Shown here: positions 31,755 through 32,000 of the stretch, in pieces
Layout: every line of letters begins with the position of its first letter
How positions within the stretch are numbered: position 1 is the first letter of the stretch
Source: Methylorubrum extorquens
GTDB lineage: Bacteria; Pseudomonadota; Alphaproteobacteria; Rhizobiales; Beijerinckiaceae
Assembly: GCA_900234795.1 (NCBI GenBank)
Contig: LT962688.1
Coordinates: 420,001-452,000 of the forward strand
Direction of reading: 5' to 3'
DNA length: 32,000 bases
Position numbers and translations under genes: made by a program
The notes under the pieces: generated by a model
Database searches by the model: none
What the model was told of the DNA's origin: nothing
The model's input: the letters and a program-made list of their open reading frames with translations, nothing else

Positions 31755-32000
31755 CAGCCTTTCCGGAACGCGGTGTGGATCAGGTCGTAGAGCCCGGTGA
31801 GACCCAAGCGGACCGCGCCGCCGGTGGCCTGGACCCCGGAACGAACAAGCCCGCCGGTGGGGGCGGGCTGCGGAGCAGGTGAGGGCGGTGGGGCTGTCAT
31901 CGGCGCCAGCGGATCCGGCGCCGGCTCGCCCATGCCCGGCGACCAGGGCGTGTCCTTGATCTTCGACCACTTGGCGAAGGCCGCGGCGAGCTTGGTGTGG
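31755..32000 (-). CDS. C-terminal end of a gene whose start lies right of the window
   Basis: Not in the ORF track (no start in the window). Hand translation: ...HTKLAAAFAKWSKIKDTPWSPGMGEPAPDPLAPMTAPPPSPAPQPAPTGGLVRSGVQATGGAVRLGLTGLYDLIHTAFRKG, stop TGA at 31757-31755. Confidence 0.4.

Larger units (their letters stand above)
24378..32000. mobile_element. integrated element B (island or prophage-like), left end at the tRNA-Asn fragment; right end beyond the window
   Basis: Starts at the well-preserved tRNA-Asn 3-prime fragment. Carries orphan genes, an AT-rich patch, umuDC, a small-protein operon, a lower-GC secreted-protein gene and a phage-type membrane-protein cassette. No second boundary is visible in the window. 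Confidence 0.5.

Noticed and set aside
1-32000. Looked for CRISPR arrays, rRNA, intact tRNAs, IS elements with terminal inverted repeats, cobalamin riboswitch leaders and recognisable defence-system genes
   Set aside because: I saw no regularly spaced direct repeats, no transposase-like ORFs, and no conserved riboswitch or structured leader near the cob genes. I also saw no nuclease, helicase, methylase or NTPase domains typical of known defence systems. Searching by eye has limited sensitivity, so a covariance-model and HMM scan is still needed.

Overview
High-GC (about 68-70% by eye) alphaproteobacterial chromosome, Hyphomicrobiales/Methylobacterium-like judging from gene content (GcrA, EipB/DUF1849, NepR-like and small PilZ proteins, GAAC-N7-GAAC LexA boxes). 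Positions 1-20.9 kb are ordinary core genome: a malonyl-CoA decarboxylase cut by the window edge, an MFS transporter, cobalamin genes (cobD/cbiB/cobQ/cobK), dinB, eipB, gcrA, a complete pstSCAB-phoU-phoB operon with a triple Pho box, a cluster of small stress-type genes, and nnrD. From about 21.1 kb the window is accessory and mosaic. Two 3-prime fragments of a tRNA-Asn gene (22672-22720 decayed, 24378-24427 well preserved) mark tandem integrations. The first bounds a 1.7-kb decayed remnant with an integrase pseudogene and very AT-rich DNA. The second opens a larger element that runs off the right edge and carries umuDC, a 521-aa secreted protein of lower GC, and a tightly coupled phage-type membrane-protein cassette. 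The most interesting signal is a GAAC-N7-GAAC LexA-type box with conserved flanks (GCTAGAAC-N7-GAACAA) that occurs twice (21155-21169 and 27884-27898). Each copy lies upstream of one member of an 84-aa paralogue pair (about 80% identical, many synonymous differences) that I cannot assign to any family. The second copy sits in a four-gene micro-operon divergent from umuDC. I propose a DNA-damage-controlled small-protein module of unknown function; this is inference and needs database and expression tests. I saw no rRNA, intact tRNA or CRISPR array. Many long ORFs in the track are antisense or out-of-frame shadows typical of high-GC DNA. Four real-looking genes are missing from the track: two are edge-truncated and two are shorter than 60 aa.
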